From: Eledone cirrhosa
Lineage: Eukaryota
Assembly (NCBI GenBank): GCA_964016885.1
Contig: OZ024765.1
Coordinates: forward strand, 18,290,001-18,354,000
Direction of reading: 5' to 3'
Length of the DNA: 64,000 nt
The position numbers and the translations under genes were made by a program. Positions within the stretch are counted from its first letter, which is position 1. Each line of letters begins with the position of its first letter. This document shows positions 10,830-23,418 of the stretch, piece after piece. The notes below the pieces were generated by a model. The model was not told the origin of the DNA, did not search any database, and worked only from the letters and a program-made list of their open reading frames with translations.

Positions 10830-11351
10830 ATATATATATATAACGAAGGAAATGTGGTAAGGAACCAGATGGACCATAACGCACCAATAACTGTAATGAT
10901 GGCCTCATAAAATTCTTTCACTACAATCTCGTATTTAGTATTCCGTGCTACCTATTAAACTTTTCTGTAGCTTAGCAGTACCAGTGAGAGATTTGATGAT
11001 TGTGGAAGGGGACTAGTAACCAGAAATTGTTTTTTATATTTTTTATATATTTCCTCATTTTTATAATGACTTTTTTGTTTACTCCCTTTAGATTTACTTA
11101 TTGTTTCAACTCTCCCCCCCCCCCCCCTTCTCTAGTATACCTTTTTCGACCTTCTATACACTTACCTTAGAATCTGCTGTATTTTTCACTTTCAACGCTT
11201 GACTGGGTTTCCTCCACTCCCTCTCCCTCTTTCTTCTACTGGCAGGTTCAGCTACCCCTACTTTCCACAAAATGCCATGATAGAATCATATGTCTTAACA
11301 ACAAACTTTTGACCAATCCTTGTGACAATCACTTTTACCATATATGGAATT

Positions 11352-11447
11352 ACACCCTGAGAAGTTCGGCTATTCGTTTACCAAGGTAAACATTTTTATT
11401 TAGTCCACAATTAGCCGTCGAAACGGCTTGAGCTCAGCCGTCGGGGT
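11352..11447 (+). ncRNA. Near-complete hammerhead of family P1
   Basis: ACACC-CTGAGAA-GTTCGGCTA...TAGCCGTC-GAAA-CGGCT TGAGCTC AGCCG-TC-GGGGT. One core mismatch. This is the only P1 copy retaining the 5' half. Confidence 0.55.
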
Positions 11448-11456
11448 CCTACTTGT

Positions 11457-11617
<161 letters not shown>

Positions 11618-11624
11618 CATATAC

Positions 11625-11733
<109 letters not shown>

Positions 11734-11778
11734 CACACATACATATATATATACATATACATATATATATATATATTT

Positions 11779-11996
11779 GTGAAGGCGTGTGGCTGAGCGG
11801 TTAGAGAATTGGGTTCGCAATCGTAAGGTTGTGAGTTCGATTCCTGGACCAGGCGATGCGTTATGTCCTTGAGCAAGACACTTTATTTCACGTTGCTCCT
11901 TCTACCTGGAGTGGCGACCGATAGATAGTATTAGCAATTGGAAAGACCAACGGAAACATTGTTCCCTCGGTCCGATTTGACGAAAGTCGATCGTTC

Positions 11997-11997
<1 letters not shown>
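11779..11997 (+). mobile_element. Chimeric SINE: tRNA head + CORE fused to a 97-bp structured tail, in (TA)n
   Basis: A-box TGGCTGAGCGG, B-box GAGTTCGATTCC, CORE to TTGCTCC, then TTCTACCTGGAG...GACGAAAGTCGATCGTTCC. Confidence 0.85.
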
Positions 11998-12026
<29 letters not shown>

Positions 12027-12027
<1 letters not shown>

Positions 12028-12219
12028 ACGAAGGAAATGTGGTAAGGAACCAGGTGGACCATAACGCACCATAACGTACTCAATACTTAGGGTAGTAGAG
12101 TGGGTAATAGGAACAAGTAAGACCCCAAACGGCTGAGCTCAAGCCGTTTCGACGGCTAATTCTGGAATTAGCCGTCGAAACGGCTTGAGCTCAGCCGTTT
12201 GGGGTCTTACTTGTTCCTA
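12027..12219 (-). mobile_element. Family P1 element with fold-back
   Basis: Palindrome about 12108-12219 centred on CTAATTCTGGAATTAG. Confidence 0.75.
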
Positions 12220-12467
12220 TATATATATATATATATATATATAGTGTGTCACTCAAAACAGGAGTGTGTAGAAGTCGATAAGGTCGGTGGTCGGTTGGAA
12301 GTGGTGTTCGGGGGACATGACAAACAGAAATATATTAATAAGAAAAGCAATCACACCATTACGAAACATAATTAACAAATACCCCCAAACCCAACCCCAA
12401 GCCCTCACACTATTCACGAAAATCGGTAGATTAAAATTAACTGAATTATCAGCTAATACTGGTTTGT

Positions 12468-13220
12468 AGGCACAAGGCCAACAATTTTAACGTCGGTGAA
12501 AGTTGATTAAATCGACGCCAATGTATTACTGGTACTATATTGAGGCTAATACTGCCGATTATAATGGCTGTTTTTATTTAGGCACAAGGTCAATAATTTG
12601 AAGGGAAGAGCAAAGCCGATTAAATCGAACCCCAGTGTATTACTGGTACTTTATTGTGGCCCGACGCTCTACCAGTACTGTCAATAAGAATGGCTGTTTT
12701 TATTTAGGCACAAGACCAATAATTTGAAGGGAAGAGCAAAGCCGATTAAATCGACCCCCAGTGTATTACTGGTACTTTATTGTGGCCCGACGCTCTACCA
12801 GTACTGTCAATCAGAATGGCTGTTTTTATTTAGGCACAAGGTCAATAATTTGAAGGAAAGAGGAAAGCCGATTAAATCGACCCCCAGTGTATTACTGGTA
12901 CTTTATTTTATCGACTTCCGTAAGGAAGAAAGGCAAAGCTAAACTCGGCGGAATTTGAACTCAGACCGTAAAAGGACGTTACTCTATGCTACAGAGCATG
13001 GCGTCCCTCTGCCGATACTGCCAATCACCCACCCTCTATACAAATAATTGTTTCTACATTTGGCACAAGGCCAGCAATCATTCCAGTGTATTAGTGGTAC
13101 TTTATTCTATCGACCCCGTAAGGATGAAAGGTAAAGATAACCTCGGTGGGATTTGAACCCTGAACATAAAGGGCCATAACTCTATGCTGCAAAGAATGAC
13201 GTCAGGCCCTCTACCGATAC
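12468..13220 (-). mobile_element. SINE-A cluster with ~122-bp tandem duplications of the 3' end
   Basis: Repeated TAGGCACAAGG..GATTAAATCGACCCCCAGTGTATTACTGGTACTT. Full copies at about 12830-13026 and 13044-13220. Confidence 0.8.
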
Positions 13221-14605
13221 TCGTACTCTCTTATACCGACCATAGTACGTTACTGGTACTTTCTTATATTTACCACAGTACTTTACTGATACTTTCTTAT
13301 ATCAACCACAATATATTACTGGTACTCTCTTATACCGACCATAGTATGTTACTGGTACTTTCTTATATCTACACAGTACTTTACTGGTGCTTTCTTATAT
13401 CAACCACAATATATTACTGGTACTCTCTTATACCGACCATAGTATGTTACTGGTACTTTCTTATATCTACACAGTACTTTACTGGTGCTTTCTTATATCA
13501 ACCACAATATATTACTGGTACTCTCTTATACCGACCATAGTATGTTACTGGTACTTTCTTATATCTACACAGTACTTTACTGGTGCTTTCTTATATCAAC
13601 CACAATATATTACTGGTACTCTCTTATACCGACCATAGTATGTTACTGGTACTTTCTTATATCTACACAGTACTTTACTGGTGCTTTCTTATATCAACCA
13701 CAATATATTACTGGTACTCTCTTATACCGACCATAGTATGTTACTGGTACTTTCTTATATCTACCACAGTACTTTACTGGTACTTTCTTATATCTACCAC
13801 AATATATTACTGGTACTCTCTTATACCGACCATAGTATGTTACTGGTACTTTCTTATATCTACCACAGTACTTTACTGGTGCTTTCTTATATCAACCACA
13901 ATATATTACTGGTACTCTCTTATACCGACCATAGTATGTTACTGTTACTTTCTTATATCTACCACAGTACTTTACTGGTACTTTCTTATATCAACCACAA
14001 TATATTACTGGTACTCTCTTATACCGACCATAGTACGTTACTGGTACTTTCTTATATCTACCACAGTACTTTACTGGTGCTTTCTTATATCAACCACAAT
14101 ATATTACTGGTACTCTCTTATACCGACCATAGTATGTTACTGGTACTTTCTTATATCTACACAGTACTTTACTGGTGCTTTCTTATATCAACCACAATAT
14201 ATTACTGGTACTCTCTTATACCGACCATAGTACGTTACTGGTACTTTCTTATATCTACCACAGTACTTTACTGGTACTTTCTTATATCTACCACAATATA
14301 TTACTGGTACTCTCTTATACCGACCATAGTATGTTACTGGTACTTTCTTATATCTACCACAATATATTACTAGTACTCTCTTATACCAACCATAGTACGT
14401 TACTGGTACTTTCTTATATCTACCACAGTACTTTACTGGTACTTTCTTATATCTACCACAATATATTACTGGTACTCTCTTATACCGACCATAGTATGTT
14501 ACTGGTACTTTCTTATATCTACCACAGTACTTTACTGGTACTTTACTGGTGCTTTCTTATATCAACCACAGTATATTACTGGTACTTTCTTATATCAACC
14601 ACAGA
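13215..14605. repeat. 33-bp minisatellite with a 98/99-bp three-monomer higher-order repeat, SINE-derived
   Basis: Monomers TACTCTCTTATACCGACCATAGTATGTTACTGG / TACTTTCTTATATCTACCACAGTACTTTACTGG / TGCTTTCTTATATCAACCACAATATATTACTGG resemble SINE-A CAGTGTATTACTGGTACTTTATTTTATCGACC. Confidence 0.9.
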
Positions 14606-14782
14606 ACATCGACCTCACATCCCACAACCCACGCCCACCTCCACCGCCACCCCTACCTAAAATGTATAAAGTCTGTCTCGTGCCCGGAGGCCTCATCACG
14701 CCGGTGTTTAACCCGGTTTCCGTGGTGTTAAGTGACTGAGAGTACAATACTCCCACTCCCCTGGACAGGTCGCCAGGCCATT

Positions 14783-16335
14783 GCAGCTATTGCTGTTGCT
14801 TATCCTGGTTTAATGGCGTGAAGCGACTGAGAGTACTAGACTTCCTCCTGGACACACACCACTCCATTGCAGGGTTAAACTCCCAGCTATTGCTGTTGCT
14901 TATCCTGGTTTCATGGCGTGAAGCGACTGAGAGTACTAGACTTCCTCCTGGACACACACCACTCCATTGCAGGGTTAAACTCCCAGCTATTGCTGTTGCT
15001 TATCCTGGTTTCATGGCGTGAAGCGACTGAGAGTACTAGACTTCCTCCTGGACACACACCACTCCATTGCAGGGTTAAACTCCCAGCTATTGCTGTTGCT
15101 TATCCTGGTTTCATGGCGTGAAGCGACTGAGAGTACTAGACTTCCTCCTGGACACACACCACTCCATTGCAGGGTTAAACTCCCAGCTATTGCTGTTGCT
15201 TATCCTGGTTTCATGGCCTGAAGCGACTGAGAGTACTAGACTTCCTCCTGGACACACACCACTCCATTGCAGGGTTAAACTCCCAACTATTGCTGTTGCT
15301 TATCCTGGTTTCATGGCGTGAAGTGACTGAGAGTACTAGACTTCCTCCTGGGGACACACCACTCCATTGCAGGGTTAAACTCCCAACTATTGCTGTTGCT
15401 TATCCTAGTTTCATGGCGTGAAGCGACTGAGAGTACTAGACTTCCTCCTGGACACACACCACTCCATTGCAGGGTTAAACTCCCAGCTATTGCTGTTGCT
15501 TATCCTGGTTTCATGGCGTGAAGCGACTGAGAGTACTAGACTTCCTCCTGGACACACACCACTCCATTGCAGGGTTAAACTCCCAGCTATTGCTGTTGCT
15601 TATCCTGGTTTCATGGCGTGAAGCGACTGAGAGTACTAGACTTCCTCCTGGACACACACCACTCCATTGCAGGGTTAAACTCCCAGCTATTGCTGTTGCT
15701 TATCCTGGTTTCATGGCGTGAAGCGACTGAGAGTACTAGACTTCCTCCTGGACACACACCACTCCATTGCAGGGTTAAACTCCCAGCTATTGCTGTTGCT
15801 TATCCTGGTTTCATGGCGTGAAGTGACTGAGAGTACTAGACTTCCTCCTGGACACACACCACTTCATTGCAGGGTTAAACTCCCAGCTATTGCTGTTGCT
15901 TATCCTGGTTTCATGGCCTGAAGCGACTGAGAGTACTAGACTTCCTCCTGGACACACACCACTCCATTGCAGGGTTAAACTCCCAGCTATTGCTGTTGCT
16001 TATCCTGGTTTCATGGCGTGAAGCGACTGAGAGTACTAGACTTCCTCCTGGACACACACCACTCCATTGAAGGGTTAAACTCCCAGCTATTGCTGTTGCT
16101 TATCCTGGTTTCATGGCGTGAAGTGACTGAGAGTACTAGACTTCCTCCTGGACACACACCACTCCATTGCAGGGTTAAACTCCCAGCTATTGCTGTTGCT
16201 TATCCCGGTTTCATGGTGTGAAGTGACTGAGAGTACTAGACTTCCTCCTGGACACACACCACTCCATTGCAGGGTTAAACTCCCAGCTATTGCTGTTGCT
16301 TATCCCGGTTTCATGGTGTGAAGTGACTGAGAGTA
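14783..16335. repeat. 100-bp tandem array (~15.5 copies) within the 3' tail of a minus-strand CORE-SINE
   Basis: Exact 100-bp period. The SINE tail precedes it (14670-14785) and the CORE body follows (16340-16480). A single-copy relative lies at 22300-22480. Confidence 0.92.
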
Positions 16336-16667
16336 CAATACGGGACAGGTCGCCAGTCCATCACAGGGTTAACTCCTCAGCCATTGTTGGTACTCATTTT
16401 CAGATGAGTATACTGGACTTACGTGAAATGAAGTGTTCTACTCAAGAACACAACACACAACCCAGTCTAACACATTTACCACTAGGGTATTCCAGCCCGG
16501 CTCCTATTATTCATAATTGTTTCTATTTTTGTTTTTTAATATTGGCAGAGGAGATCAGTGTTAGATCGATGTTAGATACATATACATTGATGTTACATAC
16601 ACATATACACATACATACATACATACATACATACATACATACATACATACATACATACATACATACA

Positions 16668-17056
16668 TGGTGGCTGCCAACTCGTTTTCGAGTACGGCCA
16701 CTACTTTATATCCATGTAGGAGAACCCCTACCGATGCGCTGAACAAGTGTGACTTTTTAGTCCAGCCAGCGACTTGAAAACTCTGGTACAAACACTACAC
16801 TTGTGACAATTATTGACACATAGTGCTGGGCCCATGGTACCATGTGACGACAAGGGCAGAGAGATCTCCAGATATAAAGCAATGCCTGTGCCGTGAAGCT
16901 TTTATAGTGAGCAAAGGCACTGCACAAAGCCAGTCCCACTCTCTTAACCAAGATGATATTTACCAAAAAGAAGAACAAGACAACATCATTGGATACCATC
17001 AGGGTTGCAGGTGTTATATCAGAGTTTTCCTTCTCCTAGAATTCTGCCTTGACAAA
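16668..17056 (-). mobile_element. Non-autonomous bipartite RTE-type element (family N), 5'-truncated, in (CATA)n
   Basis: Near-identical to 25001-25608, with fixed 3' end CGAGTTGGCAGCCACC(ATGT)n. Confidence 0.8.
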
Positions 17057-17130
17057 TACATACATACATACATACATACATACATACATACATACATACA
17101 TACATACATACATACATACATACATACATA

Positions 17131-17798
17131 AATGTAGGCTATGTAAAACAAAGATCGAGGATGTAAGCCACATTGTTGCCAGCTGCTAAAGAATGTCATC
17201 TCGCTACTACCTCCCCATGAGAAACGATGGGATAGCTAGAACCATCTGGAACGCACTTCGGAAAACAAAATTAACAACAAACGAGGAAGAATATATTGAG
17301 ACAGATGGCACTAAGGAATACTGGTGGAACCTGAAAATAAAAACTGCCACCAAATTAAGGCACAACCGGCCTGATATTGTTGTTTGGGACCACACATTGA
17401 AAACGTGTTCTGTTGTGGAGATCAGCTGCCCACTTGATGTAAACGTTGTAAGAAAAATACAGGAGAAGGAGGACATCTATGGACCATTGATGAGGAGTTT
17501 ACAAATCCAGTATCCAAGATACACCTTTAGCTTCATACCCATCATTATTGGAGCTACGGGTTATATACCAACTACGGGTTATATACCAACCCGCTTGGAC
17601 CAAAGTATGACTGAACTTGGCGAACAAAAAGCGCAGCTCCCTAATTCATAGTCTACAAATGGCTGCGATAGCTGGCACCTTCAAAATTTGCAAAACATTC
17701 TTGCGATTCAAGGGATGACAATTTCTTTTCTTTTACAACCTTGCCACCGGGAAGGTGGCCGGTCAAAAGAATATACTCGAAATTAAGAGAAAGAGATA
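17131..17798 (+). mobile_element. R4/Dong-type non-LTR 3' fragment (CCHC knuckle + restriction-like endonuclease), in (CATA)n
   Basis: CRLCKTKIEDVSHIVASC..RYYLPMR..YWWN..RHNRPDIVVWD..VEISCPLDVN..EKEDIY..IPIIIGATG. Confidence 0.85.
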
Positions 17799-17817
17799 AC
17801 ATACATACATACATACG

Positions 17818-18040
17818 AAATACCTGATTCACAAAAGAGGTAGGGATGCAGGCAAAACACCTAGATGTGATAACAAGTGCAGACGCTGCAGAAATAACAT
17901 CGAGGATATCACCCATGTCATCAGCAGCTGTCCAAAGATGTCATCGCGGTACTATCTACCTATGAGGCATGATGTAGTGGCCAAAACACTGTACAATGCA
18001 GTTCGTAAAAAAGATAGCCCATTTGCGTCCATAACTTCGT
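17818..18040 (+). mobile_element. Second R4/Dong-type fragment (different subfamily)
   Basis: DNKCRRCRNNIEDITHVISSCPKMSSRYYLPMRHDVVAKTLYN, starting directly after (CATA)n. Confidence 0.8.
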
Positions 18041-18745
18041 AGATGACTTTGTAGAGCAGCTGTAGATCTACATGGTGCACAACACAGATGACAGAAGAAA
18101 GTTGTGCTCTCCAAAGGACTGGTGGGGTCACCCTGTGGGACACAATCTTTATGTACCACCATGTGTTTTTTTTAGTCCGGAACTAGTTCTACACACTTTG
18201 TTGCATGTCACGCATGTTGTTTCACCAGGTCTTTGTTGAGTGGTGTTGTGGGTGGTTATCCTTTCATGTGACTTCAGGTAATTAACATAACCAGCCATTG
18301 AGAGACGCTGACAGAACTTACATGTCCAACTACTGATGACATCATCAAGACTGTGAGCACAGCCCATCCGGAGCTGACGCTTCAGTTGTTTATGTTCTAG
18401 ACGACATTCCTCAAAAGTTTTGCAACTGCCCTTTATGTGCTTACTCCACTCAGCCCCTATTTAGAGCTATCTCCTCCCAGTTGTCTATATCAAATACCAA
18501 CTCTTTGAGGTTGTTCTTGATGCTGTCCCTGAACCTCCTTTTTGGTTTGTGTTGAGGCGTGTTTCTAAGATGGAGTTCACCGTAAAACAGTTGCTTCTGG
18601 ATCCTGCTTTCTTTCATGCTCACAATATGTCCTGTCCAAAGCATTTGAGATGTTACTTGGGACTCAATGCTTGGACATTCTGTTTTGATAAGGACATAGA
18701 TGTCAGGAGTTCTGTCTTGCCATTTGATGTTGAAGATGCGCCTTA
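18040..18745 (-). mobile_element. RTE (BovB-like) LINE 3' fragment with C-terminal C2H2-type fingers
   Basis: RRIFNIKWQD...WTGHIVSM..RIQKQLFYGEL..KPKRRFRDSIK..WEEIALNR, then CKFC..H and CVTCNKVCRTSSGL. Confidence 0.85.
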
Positions 18746-18869
18746 TACATACATATATACATATATACATAAATACATAAATACATACATAGATACATAC
18801 ATACATACATACATACATACATACATACATACATACATACATACATACATACATACATACATACATACA

Positions 18870-19421
18870 TGGTGGCTGCCAACTCGTTTTCGAGTACGGC
18901 CACTACTTTATATCCATGTAGGAGAACCCCTACCGATGCGCTGAACGAGTGTGACTTTTTAGTCCAGCCAGCGACTTGAAAACTCTGGTACAAACACTAC
19001 ACTTGTGACAATTATTGACACATAGTGCTGGGCCCATGGTACCATGTGACGACAAGTGCAGAGAGATCTCCAGATACAAAGCAATGCCTGTGCCGTGAAG
19101 CTTTTATAGTGAGCAAAGGCACTGCACAAAGCCAGTCCCACTCTCTTAACCAAGATGATATTTACCAAAAAGAAGAACAAGTCAACATCATTGGATACCA
19201 TCAGGGTTGCAGGTGTTATATCAGAGTTTTCCTTCTCCTAGAATTCTGCCTTGACAAAGGCTAAGGGGTCATCTCTCCCAGTGATTTTGGATGGCCATTG
19301 ACTCTTAAGAGCTCCTTTGCCCTTTGACAGGTTTTGTTTTTAGTCCTGCAGGATGTCCAAAGTCACCCTCCTCACCAAGAAACCTTAGTGGGGTTGCCAG
19401 TTTAGTCGCCAACGACCCGAC
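18870..19421 (-). mobile_element. Family N non-autonomous RTE-type element in (CATA)n
   Basis: Near-identical to 25001-25608. Confidence 0.8.
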
Positions 19422-19484
19422 CATACATACATACATACATACATACATACATACATACATACATACATACATACATACATACAT

Positions 19485-19652
19485 ACGACATGGGCACAAC
19501 GCCAGAAATTAGGGGGGGGGGGCAAGCGGTAAGTAAATCATATCAACCCCCAGCATTTGACTGTGACTAGTACTTTACTCTATCGACCTCACATGGATGA
19601 AAGTCAGAACTGACTTCGGCAGTATTTGAACTAGCAACGTAAAGAGCCAGAA
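19485..19652 (-). mobile_element. Degenerate SINE-A variant
   Basis: TACTTTACTCTATCGACCTC..GGATGAAAG..CTTCGGCAGTATTTGAACT. Confidence 0.6.
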
Positions 19653-19877
19653 TTTATCTTTCACAACCGCTCAGCATTGTTTGTATTCTCTCCTTGACGA
19701 ATCCGTCAGGCTGGAACACATCAACTGCTTCTTCCGTTAACATAGTTGCTTTTCCTGTCTGCCTGTCTCTCTTTCTCCCTCTCCCTGTCTGTTTGTCTGT
19801 CTATTGACGCTTCTGTTACAATATTTCGAATGAAATACATTGTCTTCGTGTTTCAGTTAATTTTGAAAATAATAAAA

Positions 19878-20145
19878 TGAACTATGGGCATGTGATTAGA
19901 ATGTCTCGGCAAAGAATCGCTGGACAAATTTTACGGACAAAACCAACTTGCAGGAGACCCAGGGTAGGCCCCGAGCAAGATGATAGGATAACATTCATGG
20001 CCTTGGCTGGTCTCGCGTGGAGATCTAGACGGATTATTTGGAGACGGTTACTTCTGACAGGACACGTTGGGCGGGGTGTTTGAGGACTCCCCCCCCCCCT
20101 CCCCCAACCCTCTCAGGAACAAGTAGGCGAAGGGGAAGAAAAGAA
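19878..20145 (+). mobile_element. RTE LINE 3' fragment
   Basis: YGHVIRMSRQRIAGQILRTKPTCRRPR. Same family as 20338-22110 and 42845-44340. Confidence 0.75.
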
Positions 20146-20337
20146 GAGAGTGTGATGAACTATTTAACTTCTTATGTTGCTTTCGTTATTGACGACAATA
20201 ACCCATATCCATGTGTCAGTAATCAACAGAAACTATAGGGTTTCTCTTATTCAAACCATATCAAAACACAAACTTCCCAGTTTGTGTTATTGCTTATATA
20301 GCCAGTAATCCCGGCATATATAATATACCAATCCTTC

Positions 20338-22110
20338 TTCTCTTTTTTGCCCACTTATTCCTGAGAGGGTCGTGGGTGATGAGTCCTCAAAAACTCCTTC
20401 TTGTGGACCCTGTCAGAATCAACTGTCTCCAAATGATCTCGATAGATCCCCAAGCGAGACCAGTCAGACTCATGGATGTTATCCAACCATATTGCTCAGG
20501 GTCTACTCCTGGGTCTCCTGTCTGTTGGTTTTGCCCGTAAAATCTGTCCAGTAATTCTTTCCTGAGATATTCTAGCCACATGTCCATAGTATCAGAGCTG
20601 TGATCTCTCAATTCAGAACAGTAGCAGCTCTACCTGGAGTGACTCTCTGATCTCTGAGCTACAAATCTGTCCAGCGATTCTTTTCTGAGACATTCTAACC
20701 ACATGTCCATAGTATCAGAGCTGTGATCTCTCAATTTGGAGAAGTAGCAGCTCTACGTGGAGTGACTCTCTGATCTCTGATCTCTGAGCTACAAATCTGT
20801 CCAGCTATTCTTTCCTGAGACATTCTAACCACATGTCCATAGTATCAGATCTGTGATCTCTCAATTTGGAGAAGTACCAGCTCTACCTGGAGTGACTCTC
20901 TGATCTCCGAGCTACAAATCTGTCCAGCGATTCTTTTCTGAGACATTCTAACCACATGTCCATAGTATCAGAGCTGTGATCTCTCAATTTGGAGAAGTAG
21001 CAGCTCTACCTGGAATGACTCTCTGATCTCTGAGCTACAAATCTGTCCAGCGATTCTTTTCTGAGACATTCTAACCACATGTCCATAGTATCAGAGCTGT
21101 GATCTCTCAATTCAGAACAGTAGCAGCTCTACCTGGAGTGACTCTCTGATCTCTGAGCTACAAATCTGTCCAGCGATTCTTTTCTGAGACATTCTAACCA
21201 CATGTCCATAGTATCAGAGCTGTGATCTCTCAATTTGGAGAAGTAGCAGCTCTACGTGGAGTGACTCTCTGATCTCTGATCTCTGAGCTACAAATCTGTC
21301 CAGCTATTCTTTCCTGAGACATTCTAACCACATGTCCATAGTATCAGATCTGTGATCTCTCAATTTGGAGAAGTACCAGCTCTACCTGGAGTGACTCTCT
21401 GATCTCCGAGCTACAAATCTGTCCAGCAATTCTTTTCTGAGACATTCTAACCACATGTCCATAGTATCAGAGCTGTGATCTCTCAATTTGGAGAAGTAGC
21501 AGCTCTACCTGGAATGACTCTCTGATCTCTGAGCTACAATTCTGTCCAGCGATTCTTTTCTGAGACATTCTAACCACATGTCCATAGTATTAAAGCTGTG
21601 GTCTCTCAATACAGAGAAGTAGCAGCTCTACCTGGAGTGACTCTTTGATCTCCGAGCTACAAATATCTCCAGCAATTCTTTCCTGAGACATTCTAACCAC
21701 ATGTCCATAGTATCAGTGCTGTGATCTCTCAATTCGGAGAAGTAGTGGCTCTACCTGGAGTGACTCTCTGACAACCAAGCTACAAATCTGTCCAGCGATT
21801 CTTTCCTGAGACATTCTAATCACATGTCCATAGTATCAGAGCTGTGATCTCTCAAATTCGGAGAAGTGACAGCTCTACCTGGAGTGACTCTCTGATCTCC
21901 GAGCTACAGATATCTCCAGCAATTCTTTCCTGAGACATTCTAACCACATGTCCATAGTATCGGTTCTGTGCTCTCTCAATTCGGAGAAGTAGTGGCTCTA
22001 CCTGGAGTGACTCTCTGATCTCCGAGTTACGCACTTTATCGAGTAACGTTACTCCAAAGACCTTTCGGAGGAATCCCATTTCGGCCACTTCTATTCGCGA
22101 TCATATTCTT
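20338..22110 (-). mobile_element. 5'-truncated RTE LINE containing an internal 123-bp tandem array (12 units, ~20550-22030)
   Basis: AEMGFLRKVFGVTLLDKVRNSEIRESLQVEPLLLRIER..YYGHVVRM. Unit spacings 123,130,123,123,123,130,123,123... give a 499-bp higher-order duplication. Confidence 0.9.
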
Positions 22111-22299
22111 TGATTCCGAAAATTAAATATGTACAACTCTATTGTCTTCATTTTATTTTGCCAAAAAACAGAAACTATAGGGTTTCTTTTAGGTAAGCCA
22201 TAATTTATCAAAACATAAATCTCTCAGTTTGTATGATTGCTCGTATATCCAGTAATTCTGGAATATACGGCATACCAATCCTTGATTCGGAAAATTAAA

Positions 22300-22480
22300 C
22301 GACTGAGAGTACAAGACTCTCCACCCTGATCAGGATGCTAGTCCATCGCAGGGTTAAATCCCCAGTTACTGTCGGTACTCATTTTTAGCTGTGTATACTG
22401 GAGCAACGTGAAATGAAGTGTTTTGCTCAATAACATAAGAGACAACCCAATCCAGGAATCGAACCCACGACATTAAGATC
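22300..22480 (-). mobile_element. CORE-SINE (family B)
   Basis: GGTACTCATTTTTAGCTG..CTGGAGCAACGTGAAATGAAGTGTTTTGCTCAA..GGAATCGAACCC. Confidence 0.8.
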
Positions 22481-22935
22481 AACTTGCTTGCTGGTAAAGT
22501 AACTGTCTGTAATATAAAGGGAAATTGTCTCTATGTGTGTCCAGGCTGTACTCAGAAATTAGAGAATAAACACCCACAAAAATCATATATTAACTTTCTT
22601 TATCACACCGAACATGTAATGGTAGTATTTATTTTGATTTGTAAAACAATAATTTATATTAAATTAAATTCTGTCTATTTTCCTGTATTTATATAAGAGC
22701 AATCGGGTCCTTTTGTTTTGGAATTGCCTCTCTTTCTCCATTTTGTAGAGAAGGACAGAGAAGATGAGGGAGTGGCAGAGAGAGGGAGATAGAAAGAGTG
22801 TGTGTGTGTGTGTAAAAAAAGGAAAGGTAATAAACATCAAAATATATTGTTACTTCATTATAAGCCCCCCAGGGATTGTCCGGGTAACTCTGCAAACAAG
22901 AATATAAGATTAAAAACCGAACACATTCAACTCAC

Positions 22936-23320
22936 CATTCTTAAGAATATGTTTGTAGCCCGTGTCAAGTTTTTCGGCTTCGCTCGGCGTTTTCCACCAT
23001 GCGAAGCGTCTCGTTCGGGACACGGTGTAAACGTCGATGGAATTCCAAGCCAAAGTCATAGCGGAAAACCTCGTCCGGAAGCTATCCTCCAAGACATTGT
23101 ACGTTGCAGTATCCCCTGTGATTGACGGGCTTGGGCGGTTGCTGACAGTGGTGGTAGTAGTGGTGCTGGTGGTGGTGGTGATGATGTCGGCAGCAACGTT
23201 GTTGTTGTTGTTGTTGTTGTTGGTGGTGTTGTTGTTGGTGGTGGTGTTGTTGTTGGTGGTGGTTCCATTTCTGGGAACCGTATCATCCGAGCTGTATGCC
23301 CTGTTTACCTCCCCTTCCAT
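22936..23320 (-). CDS. white: First coding exon of a white-like ABCG half-transporter (128 codons + 1 nt)
   Basis: ATG at 23320 gives MEGEVNRAYSSDD-(T/N-rich)-...MTLAWNSIDVYTVSRTRRFAWWKTPSEAEKLDTGYKHILKN. This resembles the white N-terminal signature (LTYAWHNMDIF...KHLLKNV) preceding the Walker A. The exon ends AAGAATG|GTGAGT, a consensus phase-1 donor. Later exons were not found, so white versus scarlet or another ABCG is not certain. Confidence 0.68.
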
Positions 23321-23399
23321 GCTGTATTTGTTGGGTGTTGTTCTTCTTTTTGTTGTTTCAAACCACAAACAGCCGCACTAGTAACATTTAATACGAACT

Positions 23400-23418
23400 G
23401 ATTAGAGCGGCCCTAATC
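23400..23418. promoter_or_regulatory. Inverted pair of TAATC homeodomain-type sites 80-100 bp upstream of the white-like ATG
   Basis: GATTAGAGCGGCCCTAATC is a near-perfect palindrome in the short unique segment between the exon and a (GGT)n tract. Confidence 0.3.

Noticed and set aside
11779-11852. tRNA genes at SINE heads
   Set aside because: A- and B-boxes are present, but acceptor stems are incomplete and they run into SINE bodies.
14783-16335. CRISPR-like appearance of the regular arrays (also 37128, 57303, 63241)
   Set aside because: The units are contiguous and near-identical with no unique spacers, no cas genes are present, and the context is eukaryotic.
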